Of a DNA stretch of 64,000 bases, positions 32,644 to 41,798 are shown one piece after another. Made by a program: the position numbers and the translations under genes. Numbering within the stretch: the first letter of the stretch is position 1; every line of letters begins with the position of its first letter. Origin of the DNA: an uncultured Pelagibacteraceae bacterium (GTDB lineage: Bacteria > Pseudomonadota > Alphaproteobacteria > Pelagibacterales > Pelagibacteraceae); assembly GCA_902559305.1 (NCBI GenBank), contig CACEHK010000001.1:163276-227275 (forward strand), in the 5' to 3' direction. Under the pieces are notes generated by a model. The model did no database searches and was not told the origin of the DNA. It worked only from the letters and a program-made list of their open reading frames with translations.

Positions 32644-33654
32644 ATGTCTGAACTGTACAATATAGCATTAAAAATTCTTGGGAATGGAAAAGGTATCTTA
32701 GCTGCTGATGAAAGTACGGGTACAATGACAAAAAGATTAGATGGTGTTAATGTACCATCAACTCCAGAAAATAGATTATTATTTAGAGAGACGCTATTTA
32801 GTTCATCAAGTATGACAGAATGCATTGGTGGTGTAATATTATATGATGAAACAATCAGACAAGTATCATCTAAAAAAAGTAAAATTCCAGAATTAATTTC
32901 GAGCATGGGGTCTTACCCAGGCATAAAAGTTGATACTGGTGCAAAAGTTTTAGCAGGCTCACCAGATGAAAAAATTACAGAGGGTTTGGATGGACTTAGA
33001 GAAAGGCTAAAAGAATATCATAATCTTGGAGCAAAATTTACAAAATGGAGAGGTGTCTACAGTATATCTAAAAATTATCCAAGCAAACTTTCAATACAAT
33101 CAAATGCACATGCTCTAGCTCGATACTCCGCCTTAGTCCAAGAATGCAATATGGTTCCGATTGTTGAACCAGAAGTATTAATGGATGGAGATCATTCTGC
33201 AAAAGATTGTTATGAGAAAACATCCGAGGTTTTAAAGAAATGTTTTGAACAACTTATTTTGCATAAAGTTGACTTAAAAGGAATTATATTAAAACCCAAT
33301 ATGATTTTAGCAGGAAATAAATCAAATGATAAAATTTCTAATGAAGATATTGCAAAATTAACTTTGGATTGTCTAAAGAATTCAGTGCCATCAGAAGTAC
33401 CTGGTATTGCTTTTCTATCTGGAGGACAATCAGAAATAGAGGCAACAGAAAATCTAAATTTAATTAATAAGATTAATACTACAAGTTTTATAATGAGTTT
33501 TTCTTATGGTCGTGCACTTCAGCAGAGTGCTCTTAAATTTTGGTCAAAAAATATTGAGAATATTGAAGGTACTCAAAAGGTATTTAATCACCGGGCAAAA
33601 ATGAATACATTAGCTGCTCAAGGAAAATGGTCAAAACAAATTGAGGAAAAATAA
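32644..33654 (+). CDS. Fructose-bisphosphate aldolase class I
   Basis: GKGILAADES, TEGLDGL, PIVEPE, LKPNM (Schiff-base Lys), FSYGRALQ. Confidence 0.95.
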   Translation: MSELYNIALKILGNGKGILAADESTGTMTKRLDGVNVPSTPENRLLFRETLFSSSSMTECIGGVILYDETIRQVSSKKSKIPELISSMGSYPGIKVDTGAKVLAGSPDEKITEGLDGLRERLKEYHNLGAKFTKWRGVYSISKNYPSKLSIQSNAHALARYSALVQECNMVPIVEPEVLMDGDHSAKDCYEKTSEVLKKCFEQLILHKVDLKGIILKPNMILAGNKSNDKISNEDIAKLTLDCLKNSVPSEVPGIAFLSGGQSEIEATENLNLINKINTTSFIMSFSYGRALQQSALKFWSKNIENIEGTQKVFNHRAKMNTLAAQGKWSKQIEEK

Positions 33655-34264
33655 ACATAATAAGAGATTCATTTATTTAATTTCTCCAAATAAAATTAAT
33701 AACAAAAATTTTTATAAATCACTTGATGAAATATTAAAGACAGAAAAAGTATCTTTTTTTCAACTTAGATTAAAAAGTGAAAAATTAAAAAAAAAAATTT
33801 TAATAGGAAAAAAAATTAAGAAAATTTGTAAAAAAAATAAAGTAAAATTTATAATAAACGATAACCCTTTTCTTGCTAAAAAATTAAATGCAGATGGATG
33901 TCACTTGGGACAAAAAGATATGAATATCTTAAAAGCGAGAAAAATTTTAAAAAATAAGATAATCGGTATCACCTGTCATAATTCAATTAATCTTGTTAAA
34001 GTTGCGATAAAAAATAACGCTAACTACTTGGCACTAGGATCATTTTTTTCATCTAAAACTAAAAAAACTAAATATAAAGCAAATGTAAAAATATTAAATT
34101 TAGTTAAAAACTTAACAAATACTCCTATTGTGGCTATAGGTGGGATAAAAAATAGTAATTACAAAAAACTTTTATTGAATAATGCCAACTTTTTAGCTAT
34201 TTCAGGCTACATTTGGAATAACAAAAAACTTAGTCCAAAAGAAGCGATGGAAAAATTAATATGA
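33641..34264 (+). CDS. thiE: Thiamine-phosphate synthase
   Basis: QLRLK, IIND, GCHLGQKD, SKTK, VAIGGI. Confidence 0.92.
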   Translation: MRKNKHNKRFIYLISPNKINNKNFYKSLDEILKTEKVSFFQLRLKSEKLKKKILIGKKIKKICKKNKVKFIINDNPFLAKKLNADGCHLGQKDMNILKARKILKNKIIGITCHNSINLVKVAIKNNANYLALGSFFSSKTKKTKYKANVKILNLVKNLTNTPIVAIGGIKNSNYKKLLLNNANFLAISGYIWNNKKLSPKEAMEKLI

Positions 34265-34821
34265 AAATATCAGGAAATGAAATTAAACCTGGAATGTTGA
34301 TAGAGCATAAAGAAGATTTGTGGGAAGTTCTAAAAACACAACATGTAAAACCTGGGAAAGGAGGAGCATTTAACCAGGTCGAGATGAAAAGTGTAAACAA
34401 AGGAACAAAATTAAATGAAAGATTCAGATCTAGTGATAATGTAGAAAAAGCGTCTTTAGATGAAATAAATTTTAATTTTTTGTATAAAGATGAGACAGAT
34501 TACTACTTTATAAATCAAAAAAATTTTGAACAAATAAATATTAAAAAAGAAATTGTTGGAAATAAAGGAAATTTTTTAAAGGAAGAATTAGAAGTTAAAA
34601 TAAGTTTTTATGAGGACAAAGCAATTTCAATAGAATTACCAAAACAAATCAATTGTAAAATTGAAACAACAGATGTTGCTTTAAAGGGTCAAACAGTATC
34701 TTCTTCCTATAAACCTGCTGTTTTAGATAATGGAATTAAAATTCAAGTTCCTCCTTTTATTGAAAATGGAGATGAAATTATAGTAGATACTAGATCTATC
34801 GAATATGTAAAAAAATTGTAA
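34261..34821 (+). CDS. efp: Elongation factor P
   Basis: HVKPGKGGAF loop, SSSYKPA, VPPFI. Confidence 0.97.
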   Translation: MKISGNEIKPGMLIEHKEDLWEVLKTQHVKPGKGGAFNQVEMKSVNKGTKLNERFRSSDNVEKASLDEINFNFLYKDETDYYFINQKNFEQINIKKEIVGNKGNFLKEELEVKISFYEDKAISIELPKQINCKIETTDVALKGQTVSSSYKPAVLDNGIKIQVPPFIENGDEIIVDTRSIEYVKKL

Positions 34822-34826
34822 ATTTA

Positions 34827-35567
34827 ATGAACAGTATATCTCCAAATTTAAATATAATGATTAAAGCTGCAGAAAAAGCTTCAAAAGTATTAATAAGAGA
34901 CTTTGGAGAACTGGAAAAGTTACAAGTATCTCAAAAAGGGCCTTCGGACTTTGTTACAAATTCAGATAAAAAAGCAGAGAAAATTATTCTTGAAGAATTA
35001 TCAAAATCAAGAAATAAATTTTCAATTTTAAGTGAAGAAGTAGGAGAAATATTAAATTCAGATAAAGAAAATATTTGGATTGTAGACCCTATTGATGGAA
35101 CAACAAATTTTTTACATGGAGTGCCTCATTTTGCAATTTCTATAGCTTTGTCATCGAAAGAAAAGATTATTTCTGGATTAATATTTGATCCAATAAAAAA
35201 TGAAATGTTTTATGCTGAAAAAAATAATGGAGCGTATTTTAACAACCAAAGAATAAGAGTCTCAAAAAAAAAGAATTTGGAAGAATGTTTGTTTGGAACA
35301 GGTGGAAAAAAAAAAATAAATACTAATTTAAATACCAGGGTTTCTGGAAGTGCTGCACTTGATATGGCATATGTTGGGTCAGGTCGTTATGATGGCTACT
35401 TTCAAAAAGGTCTAAACATTTGGGATATTGCAGCAGGAATAATTATAGTTGAAGAAGCAGGAGGTAAAGTAAACAACATAAATTATTCTGACAAAGAACA
35501 ACTAAAAGTCTTGGCAAGTAGTAATGTTATATACGAAAAAATGCTTGAAAACCTTGATAACTTTTAA
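34827..35567 (+). CDS. suhB: Inositol monophosphatase family protein SuhB
   Basis: [28 protein letters not shown]. Confidence 0.93.
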   Translation: MNSISPNLNIMIKAAEKASKVLIRDFGELEKLQVSQKGPSDFVTNSDKKAEKIILEELSKSRNKFSILSEEVGEILNSDKENIWIVDPIDGTTNFLHGVPHFAISIALSSKEKIISGLIFDPIKNEMFYAEKNNGAYFNNQRIRVSKKKNLEECLFGTGGKKKINTNLNTRVSGSAALDMAYVGSGRYDGYFQKGLNIWDIAAGIIIVEEAGGKVNNINYSDKEQLKVLASSNVIYEKMLENLDNF

Positions 35568-35595
35568 TTGTTTTTAAATTTTCTTTTGCTATAAA
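35568..35595 (+). promoter_or_regulatory. Candidate sigma70 promoter of rpmE
   Basis: TTGTTT-16 nt-TATAAA with TG extension; 7 nt to ATG, no Shine-Dalgarno. Confidence 0.4.
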
Positions 35596-35602
35596 GCCAG
35601 CT

Positions 35603-35833
35603 ATGAAAAAAAATATACATCCCAAATATCACAAAATAAAAGTTGAGATGACAGATGGATCTCAGTTTGAGACACGCTCTACTTGGGGGTCTGAAGGCGA
35701 GGTTTTAAAACTAGAAATTGATCCTATTTCCCATTCAGCGTGGACTGGCGGGAAACAAAAAATATTAGATAAGGGAAGAGTGAGTAAATTTAATAAAAAA
35801 TTTCAAAATTTTAGATCTGAGAAAAAATCTTAA
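35603..35833 (+). CDS. rpmE: 50S ribosomal protein L31 (no Zn-binding cysteines)
   Basis: [21 protein letters not shown]. Confidence 0.96.
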   Translation: MKKNIHPKYHKIKVEMTDGSQFETRSTWGSEGEVLKLEIDPISHSAWTGGKQKILDKGRVSKFNKKFQNFRSEKKS

Positions 35834-36408
35834 TGAGTAATGCACCTTTAATGCCTATGGCAACTGCTGTATGGCTTTTGGATAATACAACACTTACTTT
35901 TAGACAAATTGCAGAATTTTGTAATTTACATGAAGTAGAGGTACAAGGTATTGCTGACGGAGAAGTGGCAAAAGGAATTGTTGGTTATAATCCTATTATT
36001 GCAGGACAGTTAACAAAAGAAGAAATAGAATTATCATCTAAAGATGAACTAAGACCACTAAAATTAAATAATTACAATTTAGATATTTCGGAAGACAATA
36101 ATAAAATTAAAAAATATGTGCCTTTGTCCAAAAGACAAGACAAGCCAGATTCAGCACTTTGGTTGTTAAAACAACACGGTAGTTTAAAAGATTCTCAAAT
36201 TGCAAAACTTGTAGGAATAACAAAAAATTCAGTTGTAGCAATTAGAAATAAAAGTTATTGGAATTTTAACAATCTTATTGCAAAAGATCCTGTTGCAATG
36301 GGACTTTTTTCCCAAAAAGATCTTCAAGAAGCTTTAGAAAAAGCAGAAAGAAGAATTAAAAGAGAAAAAAAACAAAAGGAAAAGGAAAGACTAAATAATA
36401 ATAATTAA
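35833..36408 (+). CDS. trcR: DUF1013 family protein (TrcR-like transcription regulator)
   Basis: PLMPMATAVWL.DNT.LTF.QIA.FC.LH, IADG.VA, Y.PLSKRQDKPD, DPVAMG. Confidence 0.88.
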   Translation: MSNAPLMPMATAVWLLDNTTLTFRQIAEFCNLHEVEVQGIADGEVAKGIVGYNPIIAGQLTKEEIELSSKDELRPLKLNNYNLDISEDNNKIKKYVPLSKRQDKPDSALWLLKQHGSLKDSQIAKLVGITKNSVVAIRNKSYWNFNNLIAKDPVAMGLFSQKDLQEALEKAERRIKREKKQKEKERLNNNN

Positions 36409-36469
36409 TATAAAGATTATAGACAATTAAATTTTTAAATGATATGTAATCTTTTTTTTGGAGGGTGTT

Positions 36470-36664
36470 ATTAAAATAGAAGTAAAAGATAATAATATAG
36501 AGCAGGCTTTAAGAGTTTTAAAAAGGAAACTCCAAAGGGATGGTTTTTTTAAAATAATAAAACTAAAAAATACTTACGAGAAACCTTCGGAAAAAAAGAA
36601 AAGAATTCTGCAAGAGAATATTAAAAGAGTAAAAAAACTTAATAAATTAAGAAATAGAATTTAA
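36470..36664 (+). CDS. rpsU: 30S ribosomal protein S21 (probable ATT start at 36470; ORF track gives TTG at 36458)
   Basis: VKDNNIEQALRVLKRKLQRDG, YEKPSEKK; GGAGG 5 nt before ATT. Confidence 0.93.
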   Translation: MKIEVKDNNIEQALRVLKRKLQRDGFFKIIKLKNTYEKPSEKKKRILQENIKRVKKLNKLRNRI

Positions 36665-36670
36665 AAATAC

Positions 36671-36747
36671 CGCGGGGTGGAGCAGCCTGGTAGCTCGCAA
36701 GGCTCATAACCTTGAGGTCGGCGGTTCAAATCCGTCCCCCGCAACCA
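36671..36747 (+). tRNA. Initiator tRNA-fMet (CAU)
   Basis: CGCGGGGTGGAGCAGCCTGGTAGCTCGCAAGG-CTCATAA-CCTTGAGGTCGGCGGTTCAAATCCGTCCCCCGCAACCA; C1:A72 mismatch. Confidence 0.96.
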
Positions 36748-36757
36748 ATTAATTTAA

Positions 36758-38008
36758 ATGAAAAAAAATAATTTACTTTTTTTAGGATTGGGGAATTTTG
36801 AAAAAATATTGCTAATTTTATTTTTTACATTTCCAATAGCGATTTTAGCTGGAAATTTTTTTATTAATCTTTTCATAATTTCAACTTCTTTTACATTTAT
36901 TTTAGGTATTTTTTTAAAAAAAGTTCAATTTGATTATAAGAATAAAATATTTATTCTTTTGATAGTTTTTTTTCTTTCTTTATTAATAAATCTTTTATTT
37001 TCTGACAACTATTCATTATCAGCACCTAGAATAATCAAAGTTTTTTTTGTAATTTTTTTTATATTTTCTTTTAAATATTTATTAGAAAATACGAATAAAT
37101 CACAATCATTACTTATATATAAATTTTGGTCGTTAATTTTTCTGTTCATAATAATTGATTTAATCTTTGAATTTTTTACAGGAAAAAATTTAATTGGACT
37201 TGAGTCTTTAATGCCAGGAAATCGTTTGGGAAGCTTTACTGGAAAAGAAAGTGTAATAGGTAATTATTTTTGTGGATTTGTGCTGATTTTTTTATCTTAT
37301 TTTTACAAAGAATATCCTCATAAAAAAATTTTAAATCTAGTTCTGGCATTTTCTTTAATTCTAATTTCTTTTTTGATTGGAGAAAGATCTAATTTTATTA
37401 AAACATTTTTAATAATAATTTTGTTTAGTCTTTTTATTTATGAGATTAATTATAAATTAAAAATATTTTCAATATTATTTGTATTAATTTTTACGATAAT
37501 ATTTATTAATTTTAATGATAAATACAAATCAAGATATTTTTCACAAATTAATAAATTATTTGAAAAAAATGGAGTTACTCAATATTTAAATAATTCTCAG
37601 TATGGAGCTCACTATAATGTTGCTAAAGAAATATTTAAAAATAATCCAATATTTGGTGTTGGAATAAAAAATTTTAGAATAGAAAGTTTCAAAAAAAAAT
37701 ACGATACGTTAGATCATCCAATGAATGAATTAAGAGGTGCTACTCATCCTCATCAGTTACATTATGAATTTTTGTCTGAGACTGGTCTTTTTGGATATCT
37801 TTCTTTTTTAATTTTTATTTTTATGTCCATTTATTTATCTATAAAAAATTATTTAATAACAAAAAATATATTTCAGTTATCAGGAATACTATTTGTATGT
37901 TCATCTTTAATTCCACTACTTCCATCTGGAAGTTTTTTTTCAACATACTCTTCATCAATATTTTGGATAAATTACGCTATCATGATTGGTTACAATAATA
38001 AAAGTTAA
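36758..38008 (+). CDS. O-antigen ligase (WaaL/Wzy_C) family membrane protein
   Basis: Many TM segments; GERS, NPIFGVG..NF, THPHQLHYEFLSETGLFG. Confidence 0.85.
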   Translation: MKKNNLLFLGLGNFEKILLILFFTFPIAILAGNFFINLFIISTSFTFILGIFLKKVQFDYKNKIFILLIVFFLSLLINLLFSDNYSLSAPRIIKVFFVIFFIFSFKYLLENTNKSQSLLIYKFWSLIFLFIIIDLIFEFFTGKNLIGLESLMPGNRLGSFTGKESVIGNYFCGFVLIFLSYFYKEYPHKKILNLVLAFSLILISFLIGERSNFIKTFLIIILFSLFIYEINYKLKIFSILFVLIFTIIFINFNDKYKSRYFSQINKLFEKNGVTQYLNNSQYGAHYNVAKEIFKNNPIFGVGIKNFRIESFKKKYDTLDHPMNELRGATHPHQLHYEFLSETGLFGYLSFLIFIFMSIYLSIKNYLITKNIFQLSGILFVCSSLIPLLPSGSFFSTYSSSIFWINYAIMIGYNNKS

Positions 38009-38010
38009 GG

Positions 38011-38703
38011 CTAAATTTTAAATTTAGATTTTTTACTATCAATTAAAAAATTTTTTACCGTGGATACAGTTAAATGGTTTGTGGACGTTCCAAAACTTTC
38101 AATTTTTTCAATTATAGATGGTGGTATTGTAATAATATCGCATTTTAGTTGTTTGGCTTGCAAATAATTGTAGGGCTCTCTTACGCTAGCCCATAAGATT
38201 TCAACATTTTTAAATTTTTTTGCAAGATTAATACTGTTTTTAAATTCTGGTATTGGGTCCTTACCTTTGTCACCCATTCTTCCAGCAAAAATAGAAATAA
38301 TAACTTTTGTATTTTTATTTATTTTACTTAAAATTTTTTTTGTTTGTTTTGATGAATATACAGCTGTAATATTTAATTTAATTTTTTTTTGGTTTAATTT
38401 TTTAATTACATTTCCCATAAATTTTCCTTTAGAATTTACGACTGGAACTTTTACATAAATATTTTTTCCCCAACTATTAATTTTTACACCTTGCTCTATC
38501 ATTTTTTTTTGTTCATCAGCAAAAACTTCGAATGAGATAGGCTTATTTGTAATTTTAAGAATTTTTTTACTATATGATTTGTAGTCTTTTGCGCCTGCTT
38601 TTCTCATCAAACTTGGATTTGTTGTAAATCCTTTAACAATAGACTTTTTATTAAATTTTTTAATTAAATCTAAATCAGCTATGTCGCAAAAAATTTTAGT
38701 CAA
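38011..38703 (-). CDS. tal: Transaldolase (short type)
   Basis: GFTTNPSL, ISFEV, VKVP, NITA, SIFAGR. Confidence 0.9.
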   Translation of the reverse strand: MTKIFCDIADLDLIKKFNKKSIVKGFTTNPSLMRKAGAKDYKSYSKKILKITNKPISFEVFADEQKKMIEQGVKINSWGKNIYVKVPVVNSKGKFMGNVIKKLNQKKIKLNITAVYSSKQTKKILSKINKNTKVIISIFAGRMGDKGKDPIPEFKNSINLAKKFKNVEILWASVREPYNYLQAKQLKCDIITIPPSIIEKIESFGTSTNHLTVSTVKNFLIDSKKSKFKI

Positions 38704-38705
38704 TT

Positions 38706-40103
38706 TTATAAGTTTTTTATTATATCTTCTGTCATTTTTTTTGCATCTGCAAAAAGCATCAACGTATTATCTCTGTAAAAAAGATCGTTATCAATCCCAG
38801 CATAACCAGGAGAAAGGCTTCTTTTAACAAATAATACCGATTTTGATTTTTCTACATCTAATATTGGCATTCCATAGATAGGGCTTTGTGGATCAGTTTT
38901 TGCAATTGGATTAGTAACATCATTTGCTCCAATTACATATGCAACATCGCAGTTGGCAAAGTCATTGTTGATCTCTTCTAATTCAAATACTTCATCGTAA
39001 GGTACATTGGCTTCAGCAAGCAAAACATTCATATGTCCTGGCATCCTTCCGGCAACAGGATGAATTGCATAAGTTACTTTTACTCCATTTTTTTTTAAAG
39101 CATCAACCATTTCTCTTAGCGCATGCTGTGCTTGAGCGACCGCCATACCATAACCTGGGACAATAATTACTGATGAGGCATTTTTCATGAGAAAAGCTGC
39201 GTCATCTGCATTTCCACTTTTGACAGGCTTTTGTTCTTTTGATAAACTTTTAGAACTTTCTTCAGTTGCTCCCCATCCACCTAGAATAACATTAAAAAAT
39301 GAACGATTCATTCCTTTACACATGATATAAGATAATATTGCTCCTGATGAACCGACTAGTGCACCGGTTATGATTAGTGCTGTATTTTCTAATGTAAAGC
39401 CAATTCCAGCAGCTGCCCAACCAGAATAAGAATTTAACATAGATATAACAACTGGCATATCAGCTCCACCTATTGGTATAATTAACAAAATTCCAACAAG
39501 AAATGAAACTGCGATTATAGTCCAAAACAAAGTATTAAGTTGAGTTTTACATAAATAAAATATCAAGCCTATTAAAATTAATCCAAGTGCTAAGTTTAAA
39601 TAATGTTGACCAAAAAAAGTAATCGGTGAGCCTGACATTATTCCTCTTAATTTTAAGAAAGCTATAATAGATCCTGTGAATGTTATTGCTCCTATTGCTG
39701 CTCCCAAAGACATTTCTATTAAGCTTGCAATTTTAATATTTCCAGGAGATCCTAAATTGAATACTTCAGGATTTAAAAAAGCAGAAATTGCGACAAAAAC
39801 TGCAGCTAACCCAACTAAACTGTGAAAGCCCGCAACAAGTTCTGGCATTGCTGTCATGGGTATTTTAAAAGCAATAAATGCTCCGATTGATCCACCGATA
39901 AGTAAAAAAACTAATAAATAAATAAACCCGATAGAAAAGTTGCCAGCTGATATAATTGTTACACCAATTGCAATTGCCATACCAATTATTCCAAATAAAT
40001 TACCTTGTCTTGAAGTTTCTGGTGAAGAAAGACCTCTAAGTGCTAAAATAAATAGAACTCCCGAAATAAGATAAAATATAGCTAATATGTTTGCTGAAAT
40101 CAT
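38706..40103 (-). CDS. pntB: NAD(P) transhydrogenase beta subunit
   Basis: GGADMPVVISMLNSYSGWA, VPGYGMAVAQAQ, HPVAGRMPGHMNV. Confidence 0.98.
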   Translation of the reverse strand: MISANILAIFYLISGVLFILALRGLSSPETSRQGNLFGIIGMAIAIGVTIISAGNFSIGFIYLLVFLLIGGSIGAFIAFKIPMTAMPELVAGFHSLVGLAAVFVAISAFLNPEVFNLGSPGNIKIASLIEMSLGAAIGAITFTGSIIAFLKLRGIMSGSPITFFGQHYLNLALGLILIGLIFYLCKTQLNTLFWTIIAVSFLVGILLIIPIGGADMPVVISMLNSYSGWAAAGIGFTLENTALIITGALVGSSGAILSYIMCKGMNRSFFNVILGGWGATEESSKSLSKEQKPVKSGNADDAAFLMKNASSVIIVPGYGMAVAQAQHALREMVDALKKNGVKVTYAIHPVAGRMPGHMNVLLAEANVPYDEVFELEEINNDFANCDVAYVIGANDVTNPIAKTDPQSPIYGMPILDVEKSKSVLFVKRSLSPGYAGIDNDLFYRDNTLMLFADAKKMTEDIIKNL

Positions 40104-40411
40104 TTTTTATCTTTCTTTTTCTTCTTATACATAGCCAACATTCTTTGGGTTACTAAAAATCCTCCAAAAATATTTACTGCTGCCAAAACTATAGCTAAAT
40201 ATCCAAAAATATTTGCAGTTTCAAAAATTTTACCTTGCGAACTTGCAAGAGCAGCAATAATAGCGCCGACAATAATTACAGATGATATTGCATTTGTTAC
40301 TGACATCAAAGGTGTATGCAAAGAAGGTGTAACACTCCAAACAACATAATATCCAATGAATATTGAAAGAATGAATATGCTTAATCTAAATATAAAAGGA
40401 TCTATTTCCAT
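40100..40411 (-). CDS. pntAB: NAD(P) transhydrogenase alpha subunit, part 2 (membrane)
   Basis: VTPSLHTPLMSVTNAISS, NIFGGFLVTQRML. Confidence 0.95.
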   Translation of the reverse strand: MEIDPFIFRLSIFILSIFIGYYVVWSVTPSLHTPLMSVTNAISSVIIVGAIIAALASSQGKIFETANIFGYLAIVLAAVNIFGGFLVTQRMLAMYKKKKKDKK

Positions 40412-40412
40412 A

Positions 40413-41495
40413 TTACTTTATTAATGTTTTGTTAATAATCTCATCTTCTAAATTAATATTTATTTTATTATTTTTTTTATCATAAAGGTTCATTACAAAA
40501 TTAAATAAATTTTTTGCATATAAGTTTGACGCAGATGTTGGTAATTTGTTTAAAATAGTAGTTTCACCTAAAATCGACACACCATTTTTTTCAATAAGCT
40601 TATCAGCCTCAGTAAAAGCGGAATTTCCACCTTGGGATGCGGCTAAATCATAAATTATTGATCCAGGTTGCATATTCTGTATCATTTTTTCATTAATTAT
40701 TTTTGGAGCCTTTTTTCCTGGTATTAGAGCAGTACAAATTACTATATCAATTTTTTTTAATGTATCTGCAATTAGATTTTCTTGTTTAATTTTAAAGTCC
40801 TCAGATACTTCTTTTGCATATCCGCCTTCCGTCTCTAAATTTTCAGCTCCCTCAACAACTAAAAATTTTCCCCCAAGACTTTCTACTTGTTCTTTAGATG
40901 CTAATCTGACATCTGTTGCAAAAACTATCGCTCCCATTCTTTTAGCTGTTGCTATTGCTTGTAGTCCAGCAACTCCGGCACCAACAACTAAAACTTTAGC
41001 TGCAGAAATTGTTCCAGCCGCAGTCATCATCATTGGTATAGCTTTTTTAAATAAAGCAAATGAGTCAACCACAGCCTTGTAACCTGCAAGATTTGCTTGA
41101 GATGAAAGAATGTCCATTGATTGTGCTCTTGTAATTCTTGGTAGTAACTGTAGTGAAAAAATAGATACTTTTTTTTTGTTTATTTTTTGAAATTCTTCAG
41201 TGTTACTTGTATTAAAATTTCCAATTAAAATTGTATTTTCATTAAGTTGATTAAGACTTTTATCATCAGGTAAATTTAATTGTAAAAAAATATTAGATTT
41301 AGAAATAATTGTATCTTTAGTTTCAACTTTACAACCCTCTTTAACAAATTCACTATCAGAAATTCCTAAATGCTCTCCAAATCCTTTTTCTATATAAATT
41401 TCAAAACCATTTGAAATATATTTTTTTGCAATGTCTGGGGTTATAGATATTCTTTTTTCTATTTCTCTATTTTCTGATATTGATCCTACAATCAT
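40413..41495 (-). CDS. pntAA: NAD(P) transhydrogenase alpha subunit, part 1
   Basis: PRITRAQSMDILSSQ, GAGVAGLQAI, TALIPG. Confidence 0.96.
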   Translation of the reverse strand: MIVGSISENREIEKRISITPDIAKKYISNGFEIYIEKGFGEHLGISDSEFVKEGCKVETKDTIISKSNIFLQLNLPDDKSLNQLNENTILIGNFNTSNTEEFQKINKKKVSIFSLQLLPRITRAQSMDILSSQANLAGYKAVVDSFALFKKAIPMMMTAAGTISAAKVLVVGAGVAGLQAIATAKRMGAIVFATDVRLASKEQVESLGGKFLVVEGAENLETEGGYAKEVSEDFKIKQENLIADTLKKIDIVICTALIPGKKAPKIINEKMIQNMQPGSIIYDLAASQGGNSAFTEADKLIEKNGVSILGETTILNKLPTSASNLYAKNLFNFVMNLYDKKNNKININLEDEIINKTLIK

Positions 41496-41507
41496 AAAAT
41501 AAAAAAA

Positions 41508-41633
41508 TTATTTTTGTCTTGCTTTAAATTTGGGGTTTTTTTTATTTATTATGTAAATTCTTCCCCTTCTCCTAACTAGCTTTGAGTTTAGGTCTCTTTT
41601 TTTTAAAGATTTTAATGAGCTCGCAATTTTCAT
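41508..41633 (-). CDS. rpmJ: 50S ribosomal protein L36 (type B, no cysteines)
   Basis: Hand-translated, below the ORF-track cut-off: [41 protein letters not shown]. Confidence 0.95.
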   Translation of the reverse strand: MKIASSLKSLKKRDLNSKLVRRRGRIYIINKKNPKFKARQK

Positions 41634-41641
41634 AATTTATA

Positions 41642-41757
41642 GCCTGGCAACGACCTACTCTTCCGTGTCTTAAGACAAAGTACCATCGGCGCTGAAGGGC
41701 TTGACTTCCGAGTTCGGAATGGGATCGGGTATTGCCCCTTCGCAATAATCACCAGGC
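41642..41757 (-). rRNA. rrf: 5S rRNA (stand-alone, not adjacent to 23S)
   Basis: GC-rich; reverse complement GCCTGGTG...CCCGATCCCATTCCGAACTCGGAAGTCAAG...CGCCGATGGTACT...GAGTAGGTCGTTGCCAGGC with complementary ends. Confidence 0.97.
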
Positions 41758-41763
41758 AGAGAG

Positions 41764-41791
41764 TTTATATATAAAAAAAAATTATTGTAAA
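41764..41791 (-). promoter_or_regulatory. Candidate promoter of the 5S rRNA
   Basis: Minus strand TTTACA-16 nt-TATAAA, 6 nt upstream of the 5S 5' end. Confidence 0.5.
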
Positions 41792-41798
41792 CAGGGTT

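Noticed and set aside
32644-33654. Eukaryote-like class I aldolase as a recent horizontal transfer
   Set aside because: This type is common in Alphaproteobacteria in the tkt-gap-pgk-fba context
10638-36757. tRNA-Arg and tRNA-fMet as prophage or island integration sites
   Set aside because: No integrase and no duplicated tRNA 3' end seen in the window
40100-41495. Split pntA as a pseudogene
   Set aside because: A two-part alpha subunit is the normal alphaproteobacterial arrangement
35603-41633. Zn-free L31 and L36 as a special zinc-starvation adaptation
   Set aside because: Cysteine-less forms are the usual state in Alphaproteobacteria
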